Shown here: positions 39,068 to 47,436 of the stretch, one piece after another
Layout: every line of letters starts with the position of its first letter
Numbering within the stretch: the stretch's first letter is position 1
Origin: an uncultured archaeon
GTDB taxonomy: Archaea; Thermoproteota; Nitrososphaeria_A; Caldarchaeales; Wolframiiraptoraceae
Length of the DNA stretch: 64,000 bases
Assembly (NCBI GenBank): GCA_938083505.1
Contig: CALKCF010000001.1
Location: 1 to 64,000 of the forward strand
Direction: 5' to 3'
The notes under the pieces: model-generated
What the model was told of the DNA's origin: nothing
The model's database searches: none
Seen by the model: only the letters and a program-made list of their open reading frames with translations
Made by a program: the position numbers and the translations under genes

Positions 39068-40525
39068 CTAGCCTTTAATTACGCCTATAGGAACAAACCT
39101 AGCAACTTTTGTAGCTATTCCTACAGCGTGGCTTACATCAACAACCTCATCGACGTTCTTATATGCTTCGTCGGCCTCTTCTATTAAGGTCTCCGTGCTG
39201 TCGCTCCTGACGATTATGCCTTTGCTTTCCATCTCTTTTATAATAGTTAGGCCTGTGTAACGCCTCTTCGCACCTGCCCTGCTCATTTCTCTTCCAGCCC
39301 CATGAGCCGTGCTACCGAAGCTCAGCTCCATAGCTTTTGGATTTCCTAGCAAAAGCCAGCTTGCCGTTCCCATTGAGCCAGGAATTATCACAGGCTGCCC
39401 TATGCTCCTGTAATCACTGGGTATGAGTGGATGTCCAGCGGGGAAACTCCTCGTCGCTCCTTTTCTGTGAACATAAACGTCCTTCGTCTCACCGTTTACT
39501 TTATGCTTCTCTAGTTTCACGATGTTGTGGGCCACGTCATACACAAGCTTCATTCCAAGAGATTCTGCTGGCTGTTTGAATACCTCCTCGAAACTCTGTC
39601 TAACCCAGTGGCTAATCGCTTGCCTATTCGCGAACGCAAAGTTAACGGCGCACGCGAATGCCTTAAGGTACTGCTCAGCCTCGGGAGTGTTGGCAGGTGC
39701 GCATGCAAGCTCCCTATCTGGTAGCTTGATTCCATACTTGTGAGATGCCCTTTCCATGACCTTCAAGTAATCACTACATATTTGGTGACCGTAACCTCTG
39801 CTACCTGTATGGACTAAAACCGTTATCTGATTCTCATGATGTATCCCAATAATCTTTGCTGCTTCGCGGTCAAATATTTTGTCAACCCTTTGTATTTCGA
39901 GAAAGTGATTGCCGCTACCGAGCGTACCTATCTGAGACTCGCCTCTACTCTTAGCAGTCGGTGAGACTTTTGAGGGATCCGCTCCTTTTAAAGCCCCCTC
40001 TTCCTCTATGTACTTTATATCCTCACCCCATCCAAGCCCATACTTTTCTATTATATAGCGCGCCCCCTCTATCGCTATCCTATCAAGGTCTGAAGCACTC
40101 ACTCTGAAGTCCTTCCGCCTACTTCCAAGACCTGCGGGAATATTCCTAAAAATCGTGTCTATTAGTTCCTTTAACTTGGGCATGACTTCCTTTACGGTAA
40201 GGTTTGTTACCATAAGCCTGACGCCGCAGTTGATGTCGTATCCTACACCTCCTGGCGATATAACACCCTCCGTCGCATCCATAGCAGCCACACCTCCTAT
40301 GGGGAAACCGTACCCTTCGTGCGCATCAGGAAGCACTACGCTAGCTTTGTATATGCCTGGAAGCATAGCAACGTTTGCACCCTGCTCAAGTGTTCTGTCC
40401 TGTGTCATCTTTTGGAGTAACTTCTGAGATGCGAATATCACGACCGGTACCCTCATGCCCTGTTTGAAATCCTTCTCTATGGTCCATACGTTTTCATCTA
40501 ACTTCTTTAACGGTATATTGTTCAT
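39068..40525 (-). CDS. rtcB: RNA ligase RtcB
   Basis: PDAHEGYGFPIGG, GYDINCG, GTLGSGNHFLE, HTGSRG, HRKGATR, HGAGR. Confidence 0.97.
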   Translation of the reverse strand: MNNIPLKKLDENVWTIEKDFKQGMRVPVVIFASQKLLQKMTQDRTLEQGANVAMLPGIYKASVVLPDAHEGYGFPIGGVAAMDATEGVISPGGVGYDINCGVRLMVTNLTVKEVMPKLKELIDTIFRNIPAGLGSRRKDFRVSASDLDRIAIEGARYIIEKYGLGWGEDIKYIEEEGALKGADPSKVSPTAKSRGESQIGTLGSGNHFLEIQRVDKIFDREAAKIIGIHHENQITVLVHTGSRGYGHQICSDYLKVMERASHKYGIKLPDRELACAPANTPEAEQYLKAFACAVNFAFANRQAISHWVRQSFEEVFKQPAESLGMKLVYDVAHNIVKLEKHKVNGETKDVYVHRKGATRSFPAGHPLIPSDYRSIGQPVIIPGSMGTASWLLLGNPKAMELSFGSTAHGAGREMSRAGAKRRYTGLTIIKEMESKGIIVRSDSTETLIEEADEAYKNVDEVVDVSHAVGIATKVARFVPIGVIKG

Positions 40526-40564
40526 GCCAAATTATAATTTAACTCTCGTATATTTAAACCATTG

Positions 40565-41602
40565 TTAATTTGTCCCACATTTTTGGAGAAGGTGTTCTGA
40601 CAATATTCGCCATAACTCATCCGTAACTGTCGACTTTATGCTCTCAACGGTACCTTCAGACCTTATCACTTTTCTTCCATACTTTTTAGGTACCACTTCG
40701 CCTATAATTGCAGCTTTTATACCTGCCCTTTTAAGGGCGGAAATTATTTTTTTATAATTACCTCTAAAAGAGGCTATCAGAGTGCCTGAACTTATCAGTT
40801 TCAAAGGGTCGCACCTTAGTGTTTCACAAATTATCTTAGTCTCTCTAGCAATCGGTATGGCATTTTCATAAACAATAAACCCTGTCCCAGAAGCCTCGGA
40901 CATTTCGTAAAGCCCGCCCAACAGGCCACCTTCGGTCGGATCATGCATCGCCGTGGCAAGACCCGTTGACGCTATCTTTATGGCCTCATTCACGACGCTT
41001 ATCTTCCTGTAAAACATAGAGGCCCTTTTGAGTAAACGTTTGTCTATTTTCGAGCTAAGTGCCTCTGACAAATCCGTAGCAAGTATCGCCGTTCCCTCTA
41101 TGGCCGCAGTCTTCGTCATGAGTATCTTATCACCAGGTTTCGCGCCCCTCGTCATGTAGTATTTATTCCCTTCAACTATTCCTATCATCGTTCCGATTAT
41201 GATTGGTTCAGATATATGGAGTGCAACCTCGGAATGGCCCGTGATAACTGAGACGTGAAGTTCCGATGCTGCCCTATGAATCTGCTTGACTATGGACGCG
41301 AATAAGTGTTCATCGTTTTTGGGCAGTAGTATACAAGATGAAAACCAAGCAGGTTTTGCGCCACAAACTGCTACATCATTAGCATTTATGTGAACTGACA
41401 ACCACCCGAGTAATTTCCTCGAGCCGGTTATAGGATCGCACGCTATAACTAGGCGTCTCTTGGGTACATCGACGACTGCCGCATCCTCGCCATATGCTGG
41501 CCATAGAAGAACATCCTTCCTCTTCGCTCCTAACCATTTGAAGACCGTTTTTTCCAGAACTTCTTTCGGCAATTTACCGTAGGTTGTCCTCATATCGTAC
41601 AT
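40565..41602 (-). CDS. AIR synthase (PurM/HypE-like) family protein
   Basis: GEDAA, DPITG, NANDVA, GHSE, GAKPGD, MHDPTEGG. Confidence 0.88.
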   Translation of the reverse strand: MYDMRTTYGKLPKEVLEKTVFKWLGAKRKDVLLWPAYGEDAAVVDVPKRRLVIACDPITGSRKLLGWLSVHINANDVAVCGAKPAWFSSCILLPKNDEHLFASIVKQIHRAASELHVSVITGHSEVALHISEPIIIGTMIGIVEGNKYYMTRGAKPGDKILMTKTAAIEGTAILATDLSEALSSKIDKRLLKRASMFYRKISVVNEAIKIASTGLATAMHDPTEGGLLGGLYEMSEASGTGFIVYENAIPIARETKIICETLRCDPLKLISSGTLIASFRGNYKKIISALKRAGIKAAIIGEVVPKKYGRKVIRSEGTVESIKSTVTDELWRILSEHLLQKCGTN

Positions 41603-41637
41603 TCTAACATGTGCTCTGACTTTAATACATTAAAACT

Positions 41638-42306
41638 CTATAACGACCTATTGCGAAGTATGTTCTCCACTTTTGGCACATCTGCTGCAGAAGAAACTCT
41701 ATATAGGATAGCAAGTTTGCTATCAAACAACCTGAGGGCATTGGTTGACACATAAAGCACATTTCTAAGCTTCTTGATAAGCTCAGGTAAATGCATCTCA
41801 GGATACTTTTTAAAAGCTTCAATGAAGGGGTCGGTTTGGTAGGATGCCAAGCTGAAGTCGACATTATTATTTAGCATTCTGGGTAACACAGCCGTGAATT
41901 TTTTGGAGGCTTCTAGCAAAAAGTAAGTAAATTCTAGTGTTATGCACGGCATATCGCAAGGAAGGACGAGTACACTAGAACTCGGAATGTGCTCCAGAAC
42001 CTCTCTTACCTTTTCATATTCATTCGAATACTGAGTTTTCTCCATCCTCATGAGTGAGGCAAAGTATTTTTCACATATAGGCTCGTAAGCCTCAGCCTGC
42101 GTTTCATTCTCAACCGATAAGAACAACTCTGTAACCTCGTCGGGCACACTGTCAAGGACGTACTCAATCATAGGCTTCCCAGCTATCTTTACCAACCCTT
42201 TCTTATCACCCATGTAACCTTTTCCGTTTACAATGATGACACAAGAATAACTTCTTGTCCTACCTTTAGACATGGATGCCAACCGTTCCTCTTTTTTCAT
42301 TATCAT
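41638..42306 (-). CDS. MobA-like NTP transferase (degenerate motifs)
   Basis: MG.KKGLVKIAGKPMIEYV and VLPCDMP present; canonical LAGG..R and NINT..D are altered. Confidence 0.7.
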   Translation of the reverse strand: MIMKKEERLASMSKGRTRSYSCVIIVNGKGYMGDKKGLVKIAGKPMIEYVLDSVPDEVTELFLSVENETQAEAYEPICEKYFASLMRMEKTQYSNEYEKVREVLEHIPSSSVLVLPCDMPCITLEFTYFLLEASKKFTAVLPRMLNNNVDFSLASYQTDPFIEAFKKYPEMHLPELIKKLRNVLYVSTNALRLFDSKLAILYRVSSAADVPKVENILRNRSL

Positions 42307-42419
42307 AACAATATTAGTTATAATTAGTTATAGTTGTCCCTGAATATAAATGCTTTAGAAGTTTCAGCCAGCTGTATAACGATTACAATAAAGCCTTAAC
42401 GTAGAATTGTTACGTACTC

Positions 42420-42434
42420 GAAACGCTTAAATAA
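42420..42434 (+). promoter_or_regulatory. Putative BRE/TATA promoter of the aromatic biosynthesis operon
   Basis: GAAACGC followed by TTAAATA (42427-42433), about 25 nt upstream of the leader start region. Confidence 0.5.
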
Positions 42435-42457
42435 AAACGCATAATGCAATTTACTAA

Positions 42458-42588
42458 AGAGAGGCGGTGAACGTGAGGGATTGCCTTTTCTTCATGGCTG
42501 GCTATAGCTGGTATTGCTATAGCCAGCCAGACGCCTCTCTCTAAAGCTATCTTCTCCTTTTTGGGTTTTTGTGGCTTTGGAGGGAGGT
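42458..42588 (+). promoter_or_regulatory. Putative attenuator RNA with alternative helices
   Basis: 42458-42466 pairs with 42532-42540 (9 bp); 42495-42508 pairs with 42516-42529 (14 bp perfect); 42534-42547 pairs with 42574-42587, covering the lysC SD. Confidence 0.7.
42473..42544 (+). CDS. Putative aromatic-amino-acid leader peptide MRDCLFFMAGYSWYCYSQPDASL
   Basis: SD-like GGCGGTGA at 42463-42470, GTG start, TAA stop; 6 of 23 codons are Phe/Tyr/Trp; lies directly upstream of the shikimate operon. Confidence 0.7.
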   Translation: MRDCLFFMAGYSWYCYSQPDASL

Positions 42589-42595
42589 CATGTCT

Positions 42596-43813
42596 ATGAA
42601 AGATATAATAGTCGTAAAGCTTGGCGGCTCTGTCCTCCAAGACTCTAAGGCTCTTGAAAAGGCAGCGTCTTGGGTAAAGGATCTGCTAAAGGAACATGGA
42701 CTGGTGGTGGTGGTCTCAGCACTAAAGGGTATGACCGATGAGCTTTTGAAGATGGCTAAGGAGGTTAACCCAGAGGTTCGACCCGAAGTACTCGACGAAA
42801 TTTTGGCGATGGGTGAAAGGACGAGTGCTAGACTTTTCACTGCTGCGTTGAATAGGTTCGGCGTTGATGCTGTTTTGGTAGACCCATCCAACGATTACTG
42901 GCCTGTAATAACGGACGACGTACATTTTGACGCAAACCCCATCTATCACGAAACAGAGAAAAGATGTAAGGAGAAATTATTGCCATTGATTGAGGCTGGC
43001 AAAGTCCCTGTTGTGTGCGGATACATTGGTGTTAGTACCTCGGGTAAGATAACTACGTTAGGTAGGGGTGGTAGTGATACGACGGCCATACTGCTCGGTA
43101 GTTGTCTAAAAGCTGCGGAAGTTGTCTTAATTAAAGATGTTGAGGGTATATATTCAGGAGATCCAGATAAGGTCAGTAATGCTGAGATACTTGAGGTACT
43201 TAACGTAGATGAGGCCAGGTTGTTGACAGAAGGAGGCGCAAAGGTCATTCATTCAAAGGCATTAAGATACCTATCAGAAGGTCTCAGGTTAAGAGTGTCC
43301 AGTATGGAAAGCTTAGGAAGATCAGGAACCGTCATAATTGGCACCCTTCCAAAACTTGATGTTGTCAAACACCCGGCTAAAGCAACCATGATAACGATAC
43401 TTTCGAGAAACTCTAATGGTGTTTCGCTCGTTAAACTTGTCGTGGAGTTTGTCCAAAAACACAACGGAGAAATCCTCAACATAACGACTGATGAGAAATC
43501 CATCATAGTTTATACGAATTTAGATACCAATTTTATGGATAAGTTACATAAGGAGGTTGTAGAATCCGGTATGGGCAAGGCCATAAGCTTTTTCGAAAGG
43601 TTGTCTGCTATAACAATAAGCGGCAGGATGCTTGAAATAAGTCCGGGTGTAATACATAAAGTTGTAGAGCCGCTCGCACGACACGGCATAAATATCTATG
43701 GTTTGGTGACCATAAGCTCATCTATCAGAATATTCGTGTCCGCAAAAGATGCAGATAAGGCGACATATCTTATAAAAGCAAACTTGGAGGTGGAGTTGAA
43801 TGAAACAAATTAA
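42596..43813 (+). CDS. lysC: Aspartate kinase
   Basis: VVKLGGS, VVVSA..GMTD.L, GER.SA, TTLGRGGSDTTA, DVEGIYSGDP, GAKVIH; C-terminal ACT region. SD GGAGG at 42583-42587; ATG at 42590 or 42596. Confidence 0.93.
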   Translation: MKDIIVVKLGGSVLQDSKALEKAASWVKDLLKEHGLVVVVSALKGMTDELLKMAKEVNPEVRPEVLDEILAMGERTSARLFTAALNRFGVDAVLVDPSNDYWPVITDDVHFDANPIYHETEKRCKEKLLPLIEAGKVPVVCGYIGVSTSGKITTLGRGGSDTTAILLGSCLKAAEVVLIKDVEGIYSGDPDKVSNAEILEVLNVDEARLLTEGGAKVIHSKALRYLSEGLRLRVSSMESLGRSGTVIIGTLPKLDVVKHPAKATMITILSRNSNGVSLVKLVVEFVQKHNGEILNITTDEKSIIVYTNLDTNFMDKLHKEVVESGMGKAISFFERLSAITISGRMLEISPGVIHKVVEPLARHGINIYGLVTISSSIRIFVSAKDADKATYLIKANLEVELNETN

Positions 43814-44855
43814 AGTTGCGGTACTTGGAGCTACCGGAATGGTTGGTCAACGATATGTGAGCATGCTTTCGAGACATCCGTGGTTCAAGCTTTCATGTCT
43901 AACAGGGAAGGAGTCTGCCGGTAAGAAGTACGGCGAAGCAGTGAGGGGCAACCCGATCGACATCCCGTCTAGCGTAGCGGATATGGAAGTTTTACCTAAT
44001 GAGCCAAAGTACGTTGACGCAGATCTAGTATTCTCTCCACTACCAACCGAAGTTGCTCGCGAATCGGAGCCACTTTTTGCGCAAGAAGGTTTTCCCGTTG
44101 TGAGCGATGCTTCTGCTCATAGGATGGAGAAGGATGTCCCACTTATCGTACCTGAGATAAACCCGGAACATATAGAGTTAATAGACGTTCAGAAAAAGAA
44201 TAGAAAGTGGGATGGGTACATCGTAACCACACCAAACTGCACGACCATAGGTTTAATCATGCCCCTCAAACCACTACACGATGCTTACGTTCTCAAGAAA
44301 GTCGTGGTCACTACGATGCAAGCGGTCTCAGGTGCGGGCTTCCCAGGAGTACCATCGCTTTCCATACTTGGGAACGTTATACCATACATATCCGGTGAGG
44401 AAGATAAAGTGGAAAAAGAAACGCAGAAGATACTGGGGAAGTTCAAGAGTAACCATATAGAGCCCGCTCCTATAATCATTGAGGCCAGCTGCACCAGAGT
44501 TCCTACAATAGACGGACACCTAGAATCCGTGTATATTGAGACAGAGAAACCCGTGAACATAAACGATGCAAAAAAGGTGTTAGCAGAATTCAAAGGTCTT
44601 CCACAGGAGCAGGCTCTCCCTACAGCTCCTGATAAACCGATAATTGTCATGGAAGAGGAAGATAGGCCGCAACCAAGGCTTGACATATATGCTGGAAGTG
44701 TTCCGGGAATGAGTGCGGTCGTTGGGAGAGTAAGGTCTGCAAAAGACGAGAGAGCTCTGAAGTTCTTTGTTCTTAGCCATAATACGATAAGAGGTGCTGC
44801 CGGCATAGCAATACTGACAGCTGAGTTGCTACACGTATCCGGGAGGATAGAGTAA
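43800..44855 (+). CDS. asd: Aspartate-semialdehyde dehydrogenase
   Basis: LGATGMVGQ, PNCTT, QAVSGAG, CTRVP..DGH, HNTIRGAAG. Confidence 0.96.
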   Translation: MKQIKVAVLGATGMVGQRYVSMLSRHPWFKLSCLTGKESAGKKYGEAVRGNPIDIPSSVADMEVLPNEPKYVDADLVFSPLPTEVARESEPLFAQEGFPVVSDASAHRMEKDVPLIVPEINPEHIELIDVQKKNRKWDGYIVTTPNCTTIGLIMPLKPLHDAYVLKKVVVTTMQAVSGAGFPGVPSLSILGNVIPYISGEEDKVEKETQKILGKFKSNHIEPAPIIIEASCTRVPTIDGHLESVYIETEKPVNINDAKKVLAEFKGLPQEQALPTAPDKPIIVMEEEDRPQPRLDIYAGSVPGMSAVVGRVRSAKDERALKFFVLSHNTIRGAAGIAILTAELLHVSGRIE

Positions 44856-44857
44856 AC

Positions 44858-45655
44858 ATGGTTTTCGGAAAGCAGGTCAGGTTGAGTAGAATAACAGAAA
44901 AAGGAAAGATGCTTTGCATACCGATGGACCACGGTGTTACTATAGGGCCGGTCAAAGGCTTAGACAAGATATTTGATATAATAGAAAAGATTAGCTTTGG
45001 AGGAGCCACGGCCGTTTTGACACAAAAAGGTATACTGAGGATGATGCCCAAGCCCTTGAACGTTGGCACTATAATGCATGTCTCTGCAAGTACGTCATTA
45101 GGACCATCACCTAACTTCAAAGTGAGAGTTTCGAGTGTGGAAGAAGCCCTAAGGCTCGGAGCAGATGCTGTTTCCGTTCACGTTAATATAGGATGTAGTG
45201 ATGAGCCGAAGATGCTGAGAAAGCTTGGAATGCTTGCTGATGAGTGCGACGAATGGCAAGTACCGTTCATAGCGATGATGTATCCGAGGGGCGAGAACAT
45301 AAAGAATCCAAACGACCCTGAGATCGTAGCACATGTTGCAAGGATAGGTGCTGAGCTTGGAGCTGACATCGTAAAGACGCCCTACACAGGCACTCTGGAG
45401 ACATTTAGGAAGGTTGTGGATGGTTGCCCAGTTCCCATAGTCATAGCCGGTGGACCGAAAGCAGAGAGCGACCTAGAAGTTTTGAAGATGGTAAGGGAAG
45501 CTATGGACGCCGGCGCTATCGGCGCAGCAATAGGCAGGAACGTTTTTCAACATGATAATCCGTTTGCGATAACCAAAGCGCTCAGGGCCATAATAATTGA
45601 GGATTACACACTCAATGAGGCGCTGGAGGTGCTTAAGGACGCATCTACCAAGTAA
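44858..45655 (+). CDS. aroA': 2-amino-3,7-dideoxy-D-threo-hept-6-ulosonate (ADH) synthase, DhnA-type class I aldolase
   Basis: PMDHG...GP, LGADAVSVHVN.G, AMMYPRG, ELGADIVKT, IAGGPK, GRNVFQH; adjacent to DHQ synthase II. Confidence 0.88.
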   Translation: MVFGKQVRLSRITEKGKMLCIPMDHGVTIGPVKGLDKIFDIIEKISFGGATAVLTQKGILRMMPKPLNVGTIMHVSASTSLGPSPNFKVRVSSVEEALRLGADAVSVHVNIGCSDEPKMLRKLGMLADECDEWQVPFIAMMYPRGENIKNPNDPEIVAHVARIGAELGADIVKTPYTGTLETFRKVVDGCPVPIVIAGGPKAESDLEVLKMVREAMDAGAIGAAIGRNVFQHDNPFAITKALRAIIIEDYTLNEALEVLKDASTK

Positions 45656-46697
45656 AAAGGAGTTTTGCATAGATTTAAGAGACTGGAACGACGAAATCTT
45701 TAGAGAAGCTTTCTCGAGAGGGATTACTACATATTATTGTGATCCTACCAACATTCCACAAGAGCTTAGACAAAAGCTGACGATATACTCGGATTTGTCG
45801 ACCGGAGATGTCATTGTTATACCTCTCGGTAAAGAGGTACCGCAGGTGAGAAGGTTTGCGGTGTATGCTGTCGTGCTAAATTATAGCGATGTAGAGAAGT
45901 TAATCTCCGCGGTAAAGCTTGGCGCCGAGGCTTTGATAGTTGATGCTAAAGATTGGAAGATAATACCGTTAGAAAACATAATCGCATACCTGCAAAAAAC
46001 ATCCACGAAGCTTATGGCGAAGGTCGATAGCTTAGAGGAGATCGAAACTATGTACGGCATCTTGGAGAGAGGGGTTGATGTTGTCTTGTTTAAACCAAAG
46101 AGCAAAGAGGATGTTAGCAGAATATTTGAGGCGATCAGCTACATCGTAAGTGTTCAGCTAACTTCGGTGGAAGTTACAGAAGTCAAGGATGTAGGGATGG
46201 GGGATAGGGCATGTATCGATACGATATCTATTTTATCGATAGGGGAGGGCATGCTCGTTGGAAGTAAAGCAAGTTTTCTATTCCTCATTCACAGTGAATC
46301 GTTAGGTTCTTCGTTCACGGAACCAAGACCCTTCAGGGTAAATGCAGGTGCGATACATAGTTATGTTTTAACACCTACTGGTGGAACTAAGTACTTATCA
46401 GAGATAAAGGCAGGTGATAGAGTCCTGATAATTAACATGCAAGGCTCGGCAAGACCCGCCACAGTCGGCAGGGTTAAGATAGAGAGGAGGCCGATGAGAC
46501 TTATCAGGGCTGAGGCTAACGGTGAAGAGGGTACTGTTGTTTTGCAAAACGCTGAGACCATAAGGCTTATAGGACCAGACGGTAAGCCCGTCCCGGTAAC
46601 TGAAGTTAAACCTGGTGATAAAGTGTTAGCGTACATAAGCAGAGAGAAGGCTAGGCATTTCGGAGTGGCGATTGACGAATTCATAGTGGAGAAATAA
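45615..46697 (+). CDS. aroB': 3-dehydroquinate synthase II (start uncertain)
   Basis: DWKIIPLENIIA, LERGVD, GDRACID, GEGMLVGS, RPFRVNAG, GRVKIERRP, LQNAETI, RHFG. Confidence 0.93.
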   Translation: MRRWRCLRTHLPSKKEFCIDLRDWNDEIFREAFSRGITTYYCDPTNIPQELRQKLTIYSDLSTGDVIVIPLGKEVPQVRRFAVYAVVLNYSDVEKLISAVKLGAEALIVDAKDWKIIPLENIIAYLQKTSTKLMAKVDSLEEIETMYGILERGVDVVLFKPKSKEDVSRIFEAISYIVSVQLTSVEVTEVKDVGMGDRACIDTISILSIGEGMLVGSKASFLFLIHSESLGSSFTEPRPFRVNAGAIHSYVLTPTGGTKYLSEIKAGDRVLIINMQGSARPATVGRVKIERRPMRLIRAEANGEEGTVVLQNAETIRLIGPDGKPVPVTEVKPGDKVLAYISREKARHFGVAIDEFIVEK

Positions 46698-46728
46698 TTC
46701 TCGATTATTCATTGAAACTGGTGAAACG

Positions 46729-47436
46729 ATGTTTACGAGAGCAAAACTGTTCAAATTATGTGTATCGACATTTGGAAGAGACATACACTCTTTGAGAGAT
46801 TCTGTAGTTAAGGCAATAAGCGTTGGCGCAGACCTCGTAGAGGTTAGGCTTGATTATTTAGATGAATTGAACGTTAATGTTGTAAGCTCAACGCTAAAGC
46901 CTTACATGAATAGACTCGTGTTAACGCTCAGAGCGCATTATGAGAATGGACTATTTGAAGGTGATGAAAAGGAAAGAGCAGAAATCCTCAAACAATTGGG
47001 TCGGGAAGGTCCAGCGTATGTCGATATAGAGCTTCGTTCTCCTATGTTTCAGGACTTATCAAAAGAGTTGATGAAGGCAGGTACCGCTTTAATAGTTTCA
47101 TGGCATGACTTTGAGAAGACACTAGATACCGACACACTCAGAAGAATAGCCAATATGGCCATGATTGGTGGAAGTATTGCGAAAGTTGTAACTATGGCGA
47201 GATCTTTCAGCGATAACCTTAAGGTCCTCTCGCTATACCATACAGGCGATAAACACAGACTTGTAGCCTTCTGTATGGGAACAGAAGGTGTCTTATCTCG
47301 GTTTCTCTCGGTAATGTTGGGAGCACCCTTCATGTATGTCTCATTGCCTGGGGAGCCAACAGCACCCGGCCAACCCAGCATCACCGAAGCAAAGGAGATC
47401 TTCCGCATGCTTTCGTTAAGCTGTTGTGGAGAGTGA
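46729..47436 (+). CDS. aroD: Type I 3-dehydroquinate dehydratase
   Basis: ADLVEVRLD, TLR...E.G, YVDIE, IVSWHDF, AKVV, FCMG..G..SR, TAPGQ. Confidence 0.92.
   Translation: MFTRAKLFKLCVSTFGRDIHSLRDSVVKAISVGADLVEVRLDYLDELNVNVVSSTLKPYMNRLVLTLRAHYENGLFEGDEKERAEILKQLGREGPAYVDIELRSPMFQDLSKELMKAGTALIVSWHDFEKTLDTDTLRRIANMAMIGGSIAKVVTMARSFSDNLKVLSLYHTGDKHRLVAFCMGTEGVLSRFLSVMLGAPFMYVSLPGEPTAPGQPSITEAKEIFRMLSLSCCGE

Noticed and set aside
42410-42640. 76-aa minus-strand ORF in the track, and a 9-codon ATG ORF at 42444-42470
   Set aside because: The first is antisense to the leader and the lysC start. The second begins only about 10 nt after the TATA-like box, upstream of the likely TSS.
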